Numbered from the stretch's first letter, positions 18,689 through 28,184 are shown. The stretch: DNA of 61,503 bases from Candidatus Vogelbacteria bacterium RIFOXYD1_FULL_46_19 (GCA_001824825.1 MHTK01000004.1:1-61503), one strand, 5' to 3'. The notes: generated by a model not told the origin, from the letters alone. A program made the numbers and translations.

Positions 18689-19249
18689 ATGGCTCAAGAT
18701 TCTAAGCAAACAGTGGCTGATATTGTTCGCTTCGCTCTTATTACCCTCATTATTGTGGTACCCATCCGAGCTTATGTAGCTCAACCTTTTATCGTCAGCG
18801 GTGTCTCGATGGATCCCACTTATCATGACGGTGAATACCTCATCATCGACGAGCTATCCTATCATTTCCGGTCGCCCAAGCGAGGCGAAGTGGTAGTGTT
18901 TCGCTACCCGAAAGATCCGTCAAAATATTTTATCAAACGCGTCGTCGGCCTGCCGGGCGAGACCATCTCTTTTGCCCGTGAGGCCATCACCATTAAGAAG
19001 GGCGAACAAAGTTGGACTATTAAAGAGCCCTACCTGACTGATGGTATCAGCTACCAAGCTGAAGTTATTGAGCTAGGACCGGAGGAATATTTAGTTTTAG
19101 GCGATAACCGCAACTTAAGTTTAGACTCTCGGTCTTGGGGACCAGTCCAGGAAAAGTTAATCAAAGGCCGAGTCCTGGTCCGCCTATTACCCTTATCAGA
19201 AATTCAACTTTTACCCGGTGACTTTAGCAATGCCGATTTCTTAAATTAA
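18689..19249 (+). CDS. lepB: Signal peptidase I
   Basis: VSGVSMDPT (Ser), IKRVVGLPGE (Lys), GDNRNLSLDSRSWG. Confidence 0.96.
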   Translation: MAQDSKQTVADIVRFALITLIIVVPIRAYVAQPFIVSGVSMDPTYHDGEYLIIDELSYHFRSPKRGEVVVFRYPKDPSKYFIKRVVGLPGETISFAREAITIKKGEQSWTIKEPYLTDGISYQAEVIELGPEEYLVLGDNRNLSLDSRSWGPVQEKLIKGRVLVRLLPLSEIQLLPGDFSNADFLN

Positions 19250-19253
19250 ATTT

Positions 19254-20591
19254 ATGGCCAACAAACCCACACCCGCGAGCAGTAAAAAAAATATTGCCCG
19301 CGATGAACTCCAGACTCCGAAAGGGACGAGAGACTTAATCGGTGACAATCTCTTACACTATCAGGGCTTTTTTGAAAAAGCGGCCGAGATTGCTCTATAT
19401 TACGGTTTCACTCCGATTGAAACTCCCATCTTGGAAAAAGAGAGTCTCTTTACCCGAGCAGTGGGTGACGGCACCGACATTGTCGATAAAGAAATGTATA
19501 CCCTAAAAACCAAAGGGGGTGATCGACTGGCCCTACGGCCGGAAGGAACGGCCGCCGTTATGCGCTCTTATTTTGAAAACGGCTTTCAGTCCAAGCCCCA
19601 GCCGGTGATGCTTTATTACCATGGTCCTTTTTTCCGACATGAAAACCCTCAACGTGGCCGCTATCGACAGTTCTACCAATTTGGCTTGGAGATAATGGGC
19701 AGTAGCAAGAGTATTGCCGATGCTACCATCATTCGTCTAACCTCACTCATACTCCAAGAAGTAGGTTTAAAAGACTTAACGATCAAAATCAACAGCATTG
19801 GCGATAAAGAGTCTCAGGCCAGCTATCGCCGCGAGCTCACCAACTACTACAAAAAACACGCTCGGATGATCTGCCCCGACTGTCGTGATCGACTAAAGAA
19901 CAATCCTCTGCGCGTTCTCGATTGCAAAAACCCAAAGTGTGCCCCGATTAAACAAGAAGCTCCGGAAACTTTAGAATTTTTATCACCCGATAGCAAGGCT
20001 CACTTTAAACAAGTTTTGGAATACTTGGGCTCTATGGGTATCAACTATGAAATTGACAGTACTTTGGTCCGGGGCCTCGATTATTATTCGCACACCGTTT
20101 TTGAAATTTCGACCACCCCTAAAGATGACGCCAATAACACTGTCCCCAGCACTGCCCCTTTGTCAATCGCTGGTGGCGGACGCTATGACTATCTCGGTAA
20201 AATCCTATCTGGGAAAAAAGATGTGCCTAGTATGGGGGCCGCTATCGGAGTGGACCGCCTGTTTGATTTGCCTAGTTTTTCCAAACCCACACCCCGGATT
20301 GTCAAAAAGCCCAAGGTTTTCTTCATTCAATTATCTTTTGATGCCAAGCTTCGCTGTTTTGAAATTATCGAGATATTACGCCGGGCCAAAGTACCGGTGG
20401 CCCAGTCTCTCACCAAAGATTCTTTATCGGCCCAACTAGCCACGGCCGAAAGATTGAATGTGTCTTACGCCCTTATTTTGGGCCAAAAGGAAGCTCTGGA
20501 AGGAACAGTGATCGTCCGCAATATGGACACCCGGTCCCAAGACACCATTAAAGTGGACAAACTGCCTGAATACTTAAAGAAAATGAAGTGA
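19254..20591 (+). CDS. hisS: Histidine--tRNA ligase
   Basis: PKGTRD, LRPEGTA, FRHENPQRGRYRQFYQ, LVRGLDYY, GGGRYD. Confidence 0.97.
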   Translation: MANKPTPASSKKNIARDELQTPKGTRDLIGDNLLHYQGFFEKAAEIALYYGFTPIETPILEKESLFTRAVGDGTDIVDKEMYTLKTKGGDRLALRPEGTAAVMRSYFENGFQSKPQPVMLYYHGPFFRHENPQRGRYRQFYQFGLEIMGSSKSIADATIIRLTSLILQEVGLKDLTIKINSIGDKESQASYRRELTNYYKKHARMICPDCRDRLKNNPLRVLDCKNPKCAPIKQEAPETLEFLSPDSKAHFKQVLEYLGSMGINYEIDSTLVRGLDYYSHTVFEISTTPKDDANNTVPSTAPLSIAGGGRYDYLGKILSGKKDVPSMGAAIGVDRLFDLPSFSKPTPRIVKKPKVFFIQLSFDAKLRCFEIIEILRRAKVPVAQSLTKDSLSAQLATAERLNVSYALILGQKEALEGTVIVRNMDTRSQDTIKVDKLPEYLKKMK

Positions 20592-20695
20592 GACTGAAAG
20601 TGGACCTCGCTTACTTTCGACCGCAGCTAGGCCCTAGGTTTAGCTCGCGACCGAAATTGCCAATTTTTACTTAATATGTTAGTCTTAAGCCCAAT

Positions 20696-20938
20696 ATGAT
20701 TATTGTAGAAATCGAAAAATCAGATAATGAATCGAATGCCAGCATGTTGCGGCGTTTTTCCAAGCGCGTGCGAAATTTCGGCCATTTAAAGCTGATGCGT
20801 AAAATACGCTACGCCACCAGGCCTAAATCCAAATTAAAGAAAAAACAAGACAAGCTCAAACGCATAAATAAATACGAAGAATTGGAAAGATTGAAAAAAT
20901 TAGGCAAAGTCAGGGAGACTACTTATAACAATCGCTAG
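20696..20938 (+). CDS. rpsU: 30S ribosomal protein S21-like
   Basis: Small basic protein, ES..SMLRRFSKRV pattern. Confidence 0.7.
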   Translation: MIIVEIEKSDNESNASMLRRFSKRVRNFGHLKLMRKIRYATRPKSKLKKKQDKLKRINKYEELERLKKLGKVRETTYNNR

Positions 20939-20982
20939 CCAAAAAAATAACCGCCCCTCGGCGGTTATTTTTTTGGCTAGCG
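20933..20982. terminator. Terminator hairpin extended to a perfect 23-bp palindrome that includes the rpsU stop codon
   Basis: CGCTAGCCAAAAAAAATAACCGCC-CCTC-GGCGGTTATTTTTTTGGCTAGCG type inverted repeat. Confidence 0.8.
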
Positions 20983-21115
20983 AAGATTTTTACGTCGCTA
21001 TTTTCAAAAAATGAAGAATCCCCTTTATCCACGGCTTTTTTAATTTGAATGCCGAACCACATAGTAGTACAATGTGAGGAAGTGAAAGTAAAGTCACCTA
21101 CTCCTTAGCCCTATT

Positions 21116-22279
21116 ATGACCAGACATATCGTCACCGGTATTGATATCGGTACCAGTTCAATTAGAATAGTCGTGTGCGAGTACAAAAGCGGCAGCAAAG
21201 TGCCGCAAGTTCTTGCTCTGGTGAAAAAAAATTCCCGCGGCTTACGTCGGGGCTATATTTTACAATATGAAGACGCCGTCGACTCTATTACTGAAGCCCT
21301 ACGGGAAGCTGAGCGCGTGGCTGGTGTACGTATCAAACAGGTAATTTTGGCCTTAGGCGGGGCTACCCTAGAATCAAAAGTTATCGAGGGTGGTGTCATT
21401 GTCTCTCGTGCTGACTCAGAAATAAACTCCAATGATATTAACCGAGCCATTGAAGCCAGTGAAGGTGGGCTCACGGACCTGGCTAATAAATCGATTGTAC
21501 ATCGCGTCCCGATTGCCTTTAAGCTAGACGGACGTAAAGTCTTGGGCCGGCCGGAGGGTTTGAAGGGCTCTAAGCTCGAAGCCCAGGTCCTGTTTATTAC
21601 TTACTCCAGCCACCACCTCAAAGATTTCTTAAGTGCGATTGAGGCCGCTGGGGCTCATGTTGATGACGTGGTCGCTTCCCCCTTGGCCGCTAGTTTTGCC
21701 ATCACCACCAAACTCCAAAAAACCGCCGGTTGTGTGCTCGCTAATATTGGTTCCCAAACCACGTCCATCATTGTCTTTGAAGAAAGTTTACCGATATCAC
21801 TTAAAGTCTTTCCGATTGGTTCCACCGATATTACCAACGACATCGCCTTGGGCTTGAAAATTCCTTTAGAAGAAGCGGAAAAAGTAAAAACTGGAGAAAA
21901 CGATCCGGCCGCTGTGCAAAAAAAATTGGATGAAATCATTGAAGCGCGTCTATCGGACATTTTTGAATTTATTGAAAATCATTTAAAAAGGCTGGGTCGG
22001 AACGGCCTCCTGCCGGCTGGTATTATTATTACCGGCGGCGGATCGGGTATTTCGGACATTGAAGACTTAGCTAAAGAATACTTTAAGCTGCCGGCCAAGG
22101 TAGCCGTGCCAGCGGTAGCGGCCAGTTCGAGAAACCAAATCCGCGACTCCGCCTGGTCGGTCGCTTACGGCTTGTGCTTGTTTGGGGCCGATATGGAGGC
22201 CGAGGAATCACTCGGGATAAAAATCGGCAAGCAAGCTAAATTGAACATTATACGTTGGATAAAGGAATTGTTGCCGTAG
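21116..22279 (+). CDS. ftsA: Cell division protein FtsA
   Basis: GIDIGTSSIR, NIGSQTTSI, ITNDIA, IITGGGS; adjacent to ftsZ. Confidence 0.95.
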   Translation: MTRHIVTGIDIGTSSIRIVVCEYKSGSKVPQVLALVKKNSRGLRRGYILQYEDAVDSITEALREAERVAGVRIKQVILALGGATLESKVIEGGVIVSRADSEINSNDINRAIEASEGGLTDLANKSIVHRVPIAFKLDGRKVLGRPEGLKGSKLEAQVLFITYSSHHLKDFLSAIEAAGAHVDDVVASPLAASFAITTKLQKTAGCVLANIGSQTTSIIVFEESLPISLKVFPIGSTDITNDIALGLKIPLEEAEKVKTGENDPAAVQKKLDEIIEARLSDIFEFIENHLKRLGRNGLLPAGIIITGGGSGISDIEDLAKEYFKLPAKVAVPAVAASSRNQIRDSAWSVAYGLCLFGADMEAEESLGIKIGKQAKLNIIRWIKELLP

Positions 22280-22473
22280 GAGGGATGGGGTTTTAGGTAG
22301 TATAGGATATTGGGTATACATGCAATTAAATCTTAACCTTTAGCTCCGCCAGGGCTAAAACGGCCAATCTGTGGCTAAAATATCCCTTTTTTACCCTCAA
22401 ATAGTGATTTGCTTTTTCTCCCTCGTTTGTTACCATAGACACAACCAATTTCACGATCTAAACCTTTCATTAC

Positions 22474-23640
22474 ATGCCAAAAATTCAACCAGAAATAGAA
22501 GCTTTTGCTCGCATTAAAGTCATCGGGGTCGGCGGCTCCGGCACCAATGCCGTGAACCATATGGTACACAATAAAGTACGCGGGGTAGAGTTTGTCGCCA
22601 TGAATACTGATGCTCAGCACTTGCACGCCTCGGTGGCTCAGAAAAAAGTCCATATCGGAAAAAATTTAACCCGGGGCTTGGGTACCGGGATGGATCCGGA
22701 AATCGGTCGTAAAGCGGCTGAAGAAAGTCTGGAGGATATTCAAAATGTTATTAAGGGGGCTGATATGGTTTTCGTCTCGGGAGGCCTCGGTGGTGGTACC
22801 GGCACCGGCGCTATGCCGGTGATTGCTCGTACCGCCAAAGAGCAAGGCGCGCTCACGGTCGCCGTCGTCACCAAACCTTTTATTTTTGAAGGTAAACAAA
22901 GAATGATCTTGGCCGATCGCGGTATGGCCGAGTTACAGAAAGAAGTGGACGCAGTAATTGTCATCCCCAACGACCGCTTATTAGGCATCATTTCTAAAGA
23001 CACCACCGCTGAACAAGCTTTTGCGATGTGTGATGAGATTTTACGGCAAGCGGTGGAAGGCATTTCTAATATTATTACCATCCCTGGTATCATCAATGTC
23101 GACTTTGCTGACATTAGAGCCATTATGCAAAACGCCGGTTCGGCCTTAATGGGTATCGGCAACGCCTCGGGTGAAAATCGAGCCGTCGAAGCTGCGCGTA
23201 ATGCCATCAACTCCCCGCTCCTCGATTTGTCAGTCGATGGGGCCAAAGGGGTACTCTTCACTATTGCCGGTGGTTCCGATATGACTATGTTTGAAATTCA
23301 AGAGGCCGCTAAAATCATTACCGAATCGATTGATACTGACGCTAAGGTTATCTTTGGAGCCATTCATGATGACAAACTAAAGAAATCCGAAATTAAGGTC
23401 ACGGTTATTGCCTGTGGCTTTCCGGAATCACAAAAGAAAAAAGGCGGGCTGTTTGGCTTTGAAGGCGGCGCCGGTAAAGACGAGACCCCAGTTAAAGAAC
23501 GTCCCACTGGCGACCTAATTCCCAAGCAAGTGCCTTTAAATCGTAATCAAGCCGACCTAGAAGATAAAAGTGGTTTGGATGAGGATGATGATGACTGGTC
23601 TTCCATCCCCGCCTTTCTCCGCCGCCAAAACAAAAAATAA
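22474..23640 (+). CDS. ftsZ: Cell division protein FtsZ
   Basis: IKVIGVGGSG, GGLGGGTGTG tubulin signature, C-terminal IPAFLRR. Confidence 0.98.
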   Translation: MPKIQPEIEAFARIKVIGVGGSGTNAVNHMVHNKVRGVEFVAMNTDAQHLHASVAQKKVHIGKNLTRGLGTGMDPEIGRKAAEESLEDIQNVIKGADMVFVSGGLGGGTGTGAMPVIARTAKEQGALTVAVVTKPFIFEGKQRMILADRGMAELQKEVDAVIVIPNDRLLGIISKDTTAEQAFAMCDEILRQAVEGISNIITIPGIINVDFADIRAIMQNAGSALMGIGNASGENRAVEAARNAINSPLLDLSVDGAKGVLFTIAGGSDMTMFEIQEAAKIITESIDTDAKVIFGAIHDDKLKKSEIKVTVIACGFPESQKKKGGLFGFEGGAGKDETPVKERPTGDLIPKQVPLNRNQADLEDKSGLDEDDDDWSSIPAFLRRQNKK

Positions 23641-23708
23641 GTAGCCGCTAATTTTGGCTCCCCTTTGGTGTAGTCATACTCGATATTTTATACGCTATAA
23701 ACTCCCCT

Positions 23709-24641
23709 ATGCTTTACGATCTTGTAATAATCGGCGGTGGACCCGCCGGAGCCGCCGCCGGTGTTTATGCCGCTCGCAAAAAATTGACCACCACCCTGTT
23801 GACGCCGGATTTTGGCGGTCAATCTATCGTCTCACCAGATATTCATAATTGGATCGGCACTAAAGCTATTTCTGGTAATGATTTAGCCAAAGCCCTCGAA
23901 AATCATGTTCGGGCTTATGAAGGGGCAGATTTTGTGATTCAAACCGGGCCGGCCGGCCGGGTGACCAAGATCAAACAGACGGAGACTGGTTTTACCATTG
24001 AGAGAGCGGAGGGTGAAAACTTAGAGGCTAAAACTGTTTTGTTAGCCGCCGGGTCTAACCGCCGGAAGTTAGCCGTGCCTGGAGCCGAACAGTTTGACCA
24101 AAAAGGTCTCACCTACTGTGCCACTTGCGACGGCCCGCTATTTACCGGCCGCGATGTGGCCGTGATTGGGGGCGGGAATGCCGGCTTTGAGACAGCGGCC
24201 CAGCTCTTGGCTTACGCTAAATCCGTCACTTTATTGCATAAAAACCCCGACTACAAAGCCGACCAAATCACGGTGGATAAAGTGCTGGCCCACCCCCAAA
24301 TGAGCGGCCTCGCCAATGTGGAAATTATAGAAATCAAAGGTGACCAATTCGTGACCGGCCTAATTTATAAAGATAAAAATACTAATGAAACTAAGGAATT
24401 ACCGGTGACGGGAATTTTCGTGGAAATCGGTTTTGTCCCTAATACCGCTTTTGCTAAGGAGGTTGTCCAATTAAACGAGTACGGTGCCATAAAAGTAGAC
24501 CCCCGGAATCAGCAAACCCCAACGCTGGGTCTGTGGGCGGCCGGCGATTGTACTGATTCGCTCTATCATCAAAACAATATTGCCGCTGGGGAAGCCGTGA
24601 AGGCGATTGAGGATATTTATAATCACTTGCATTTAAAATAA
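23709..24641 (+). CDS. trxB: Thioredoxin-disulfide reductase (TrxB/AhpF-C-like)
   Basis: GGGPAG FAD motif, YCATCDG, GGGNAG, AAGD. Confidence 0.88.
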   Translation: MLYDLVIIGGGPAGAAAGVYAARKKLTTTLLTPDFGGQSIVSPDIHNWIGTKAISGNDLAKALENHVRAYEGADFVIQTGPAGRVTKIKQTETGFTIERAEGENLEAKTVLLAAGSNRRKLAVPGAEQFDQKGLTYCATCDGPLFTGRDVAVIGGGNAGFETAAQLLAYAKSVTLLHKNPDYKADQITVDKVLAHPQMSGLANVEIIEIKGDQFVTGLIYKDKNTNETKELPVTGIFVEIGFVPNTAFAKEVVQLNEYGAIKVDPRNQQTPTLGLWAAGDCTDSLYHQNNIAAGEAVKAIEDIYNHLHLK

Positions 24642-24711
24642 AAAATTGGTAGTTAGTTAAATACACTTCCTCCCCCGAGAAGTGACCAATCGTCTCCCGT
24701 TGGGGCGATGG

Positions 24712-24751
24712 AGCACCAGAACACCTTCCACTGTTGTTCTGGTGCTTTTTT
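24712..24751 (+). terminator. Rho-independent terminator after trxB
   Basis: AGCACCAGAACA...TGTTCTGGTGCT plus a T run. Confidence 0.75.
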
Positions 24752-24798
24752 ACCTTAAGAGTACTTGATTTTTATCAATAAGGCGCTAAACTAAAAAA

Positions 24799-24912
24799 GA
24801 TCCCCCGACATCACGTCTGCCTAGGGGGGATTCACCTCAGGTCAAGACTTCCCCGCCTTGACCACCGTCGGAACCAACCCTTCCCTAAAAGAAGGTTCCG
24901 GCGGCTTTTTTT
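24799..24912 (+). ncRNA. Candidate small structured RNA (unidentified)
   Basis: TTGATT-16-TAAACT upstream (24765-24792), three hairpins, ends in a T run, no ORF. Confidence 0.3.
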
Positions 24913-25023
24913 GTGGGGGATAGAGGACTCGAAACTTACAGTTTCAGTACAGGTTGTCGATATTTTCATACCAAAGGTCTCTGAAAATATCTGACTAACC
25001 TTTTCAAGTCCTCTATCTGCCAC
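24912..25023 (-). repeat. tRNA-anchored mini-element (class A) tailored to tRNA-Val
   Basis: Minus strand: GATAGAGGACTTGAA, AGGTT..AACCT-GTAC, GAAACT-GTA-AGTTTC, AGTCCTCTATCCCCCAC. Confidence 0.85.
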
Positions 25024-25077
25024 CCAAAATATAAAAAGCTGGAAACTTTAGGTATTCGCTTCCAGCTTATTATTTTG

Positions 25078-25151
25078 TGGGCGATACAGGACTTGAACCT
25101 GTGACCTTCTCAACGTCAATGAGACGCTCTAGCCAACTGAGCTAATCGCCC
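25078..25151 (-). tRNA. tRNA-Val(GAC)
   Basis: GGGCGAT/ATCGCCC acceptor, TCTCA-TTGACGT-TGAGA, GGTTCAAGTCC. Confidence 0.95.
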
Positions 25152-25421
25152 TATTTTATTTACAGATGAAACCGAGGAACTAATTCCGTCAATCTCCGCT
25201 AGTAAACCTAGTTATCATAGCCACCTTATCATAAAATAATTTCCTTAGGAAGAGTCATCCTACTTGCGACTAATCCATTTTTAACTTAAAATTCCTCCTT
25301 GCCTAATTGGATAAAAATGATAAAGTAATTAGAGATTTTTAGACCCCGTGACCCCTGTGATGGGTCCCGGGTCCTCCGCCGAAGCCCCCGACTCTCGGCG
25401 GAGGTTTTTGTTTGAGGAATA

Positions 25422-25973
25422 TCAATCTAACATAATCTTTAACTTCGGCCACTTTTCTAACCACTTTTTACTTTCAATTCTTTTATAAAACCCATCAAGC
25501 TGATCTTTATGAGTGGGAGATGGTTTTATAATTAAATTAACTAAATCGTTAATCCCATGAGGTGCAACTATTTTTGGTTTTTTATTAACTAGGGTTACAG
25601 CCACAGAAGTAGCTGTTTCTACCCATTCTGCCAAGGCTTCAGTGGTATTCAGATAAGGTATTTCCCTATGATGCCATTGGTGTGTGTAAGCCTGATTCAC
25701 TATCTCCCAATCTAAACCCAGGACCCCACTCATATTCTTTGAAAGTTCCTCATCCCCTTTTTCATCTAAATTTTTTTCGTCAAAGTACACCAAATCAATA
25801 TCGTTAGTGTCAGCAACTTCTCTAACTATTCCATGCAAATGGTCCCAAACTTTGTTCCTTAAAAATCCAGCACCAATCATCCAATCTGGAAGACCAAGTT
25901 TTTCCGCCTCGTGCAAAACATTCATCATCCATTCGTCATCTTTTACCATTTGAATTATATCCTTCTCATTCAT
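25422..25973 (-). CDS. Nucleotidyltransferase-family protein (DUF925-like)
   Basis: LPDWMIGAGFLRNKVWDHLHG, DIDLVYFD, WEIVNQA, ETATSVAV. Confidence 0.85.
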   Translation of the reverse strand: MNEKDIIQMVKDDEWMMNVLHEAEKLGLPDWMIGAGFLRNKVWDHLHGIVREVADTNDIDLVYFDEKNLDEKGDEELSKNMSGVLGLDWEIVNQAYTHQWHHREIPYLNTTEALAEWVETATSVAVTLVNKKPKIVAPHGINDLVNLIIKPSPTHKDQLDGFYKRIESKKWLEKWPKLKIMLD

Positions 25974-26069
25974 AAATAAATTGTATCAAAGTTCTGTTAA
26001 ACAGTGTCAGGAACCATACTTTAGGTAAATATGTGTTGTAATATTTCTCTTACTTTTTGACTTTAGTAT

Positions 26070-26240
26070 TGGTGTGCTTCGCACTCTAGATTGTTGTGGT
26101 CCACAATATTTTGTTTTTCGTCAAAAACAAAATTTCCAGACCCGGTCTTAGTTGTTTTTCTTGCTAGAAAAACATACTTCCGACTTCACACATCGCTTAT
26201 CAAACTAAAGCAGTTTAGTTTGAATAAGTCTCGTGTGACC
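26070..26240 (-). repeat. Orphan class-B mini-element with no adjacent tRNA
   Basis: AACTGCTT-loop hairpin, then CGGAAGTATGTTT-hairpin-AAACAAC, resembling CCGGAGTTATGTTT-hairpin-AAACAAAC at 6170-6215. Confidence 0.6.
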
Positions 26241-26586
26241 CGTTACGGAACACGAGTCGAACTTTTAAAAAATGGATTAGGAAGTTAATCGCTGCGTTCA
26301 TGGCAGATGAAGAGTCAAAGCGATCAGTGGATGGAAGTGATCGCGCTGACTTGGAGGTAGTGTAGCGAATGATAAGGATGGGAGAAAGAAGGTCAAATAT
26401 GGCGAGATAGATATAGAGATAAAAAAAGGCGCGCTTCCAGATGGATAGCGCGCCCCTAGTCTTTCGCCCTGGTCGGACTAAAGACGAAACCCATAAGGGG
26501 TTTCCGGAGACTCCTGACCAAATCCTGCGTTGCTCACAAGATGCAAAAACTGGCAATGGAAACATTGTCAGTTTTTGCATAATTCC

Positions 26587-27378
26587 TTATTGTTCAATTT
26601 TTTCTATCAATTTTTTAATATAAGAATTAACATCAATTTTTTCACTATATTGTTTCATAAACTCAACAATCATTTTTAATGTTTTAACTAATACCTCATC
26701 TTTAATGATATAAGCTTTTTCTGTTATTGGTTGAATAATAATAACATTATCGTGAAAAATATAAAATTCCGTGTCGAAATCCATATATTCATCTGGCACT
26801 AAATAAACAATCGTTAGACGTCCATAATGTGACTTCAACTCTCGTAGAGACATTTTTTCAAAAACCGAAAGACTCTTTCTACTTGTGATCCCCTCAAGAA
26901 TAATCGGCTTCTGTTTTTGGGCGACATGGATTCTCTCGATGAACTCTGTCGGTAATTTTTTTAGTGCTGCAAAAGGGGCACGGCTACCTTGAACCACAAA
27001 AACTCTTTCAGCTTTGCCAACCTCAATTATTTTCTCGTAAGCTGTCCTAACTTGCTCATATCCTTCCTTGCTTGCCAGTGTAGTTAATCCAGGTAAAGTA
27101 ATACCAACCGACGAAAAGAATCCGGAAAGCGAATTTTTTATTTCGTTTCTTTCTTTGAGAAACCATAATGGGTAACGTGATTTGGTGGTTTTTATTTTGT
27201 CTACCCAGCCACGATCTGATAATTTATTTAAATAAAAATTTACTGTTGTCCGTGGCTCTGCTACTAGGACCCCTATTTTGGTAGCAGTAAGCCCAACCCG
27301 GCTTTTATTAAGTAGATTTACAATCTTTTTCTCTTGAGTAGATAAACCAAATAGACTAGTTTGTTGTGCATTTAACAT
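26587..27378 (-). CDS. TrmB-like HTH transcriptional regulator
   Basis: FGLSTQEKKIV..EPRTTVNFYLNKLSDRGWV winged HTH plus an effector-like C domain. Confidence 0.7.
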   Translation of the reverse strand: MLNAQQTSLFGLSTQEKKIVNLLNKSRVGLTATKIGVLVAEPRTTVNFYLNKLSDRGWVDKIKTTKSRYPLWFLKERNEIKNSLSGFFSSVGITLPGLTTLASKEGYEQVRTAYEKIIEVGKAERVFVVQGSRAPFAALKKLPTEFIERIHVAQKQKPIILEGITSRKSLSVFEKMSLRELKSHYGRLTIVYLVPDEYMDFDTEFYIFHDNVIIIQPITEKAYIIKDEVLVKTLKMIVEFMKQYSEKIDVNSYIKKLIEKIEQ

Positions 27379-27572
27379 AAATAAAGTATACCACTGACAA
27401 TAATCTTGTCAACAGATTGTGAAATAACCCTTATTTTATAACCTCTAATGAATACCTATCAAAATTGTTTTTAACTAATTTTTTAAATAGACTGATTATA
27501 GATTTTAAGGAAAAGAAGGGTGTTCTTTCTTAGTCCTGTGTGTAAGTCTATGTAAATGAAAAGGGGTCTTCA

Positions 27573-27740
27573 ATGACAAACTGGAGAGAAGTAGAAGGTG
27601 GGTGGTATCGAGATCAATCAGACAATCCAGCAGCTTGGGGTGACTATTCTGGGTCTGGAAACAGCGACTTCATTTCTGATTGCGATCACCTCAATCCCCC
27701 TTCGGAGAATCCCAATCGGCCACAGCCGGTGTACAGATGA
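27573..27740 (+). CDS. Small 55-aa ORF (MTNWREVEGGWYRDQSDNPAAWGDYSGSGNSDFISDCDHLNPPSENPNRPQPVYR)
   Basis: Manual translation; AAGGGG SD-like motif upstream; divergent from the TrmB-like gene; terminator near 27885-27920. Confidence 0.4.
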   Translation: MTNWREVEGGWYRDQSDNPAAWGDYSGSGNSDFISDCDHLNPPSENPNRPQPVYR

Positions 27741-28007
27741 AATAGGACAAATTCTGTAGCTCACTAGCTGGTAAGAGATTCTCAAAAGTAATCGTTTCCA
27801 GTGTTGTGGTTACAGATAACTCTTGTTGTCATCATGGTTACTGTATGAGATTAAGAGCTGTGGTTTTTGTGATAGACTACAGCTTCCGCCAAGGGCTCCC
27901 GAACCTTGGCGGCCTTTTTATTTAGGAAGGGGATATTAGTGGAACGCCACGTGTAAAATTTTATGTGGTCCCCAATAATTCACTCGTTGCCACTCGTGAA
28001 TTTTCCA

Positions 28008-28137
28008 GACCCCTACGGGGAATCTTTCCCTACGGGAACGGTACAGGCTTCACATCTCGTTTCGCTACGCTCACTGCGATATGTTCAGCCTCTTCGATTC
28101 CCCGACGTGAGCAAAGCAGTTTGCTCACTTAGGGTCA
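28008..28137 (-). repeat. tRNA-anchored mini-element (class A) tailored to tRNA-Glu
   Basis: Minus strand: TGACCCTA[AACTGCTT hairpin]GGGAATCGAA, GAGGCTGAACATATCGCAGTG..CCTGTACCG, TTCCC-GTA-GGGAA, GATTCCCCGTAGGGGTC. Confidence 0.85.
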
Positions 28138-28184
28138 CTCAACAAAAATGGCCCGCCATAATAGCGGGCTCATTTTTGTACGAG

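Noticed and set aside
24704-24750. Fluoride riboswitch (GGCGATGGAG start)
   Set aside because: Lacks the following TTCGCC and the downstream pseudoknot partner; better explained as the trxB terminator.
24836-24866. SRP RNA (TCAGGTC)
   Set aside because: Lacks the conserved CCGGAAGGAAGCAGC helix-8 motif.
26470-26505. Hammerhead ribozyme (GACGAAAC)
   Set aside because: No CTGATGA core upstream; GAAAC is part of a simple 7-bp hairpin.
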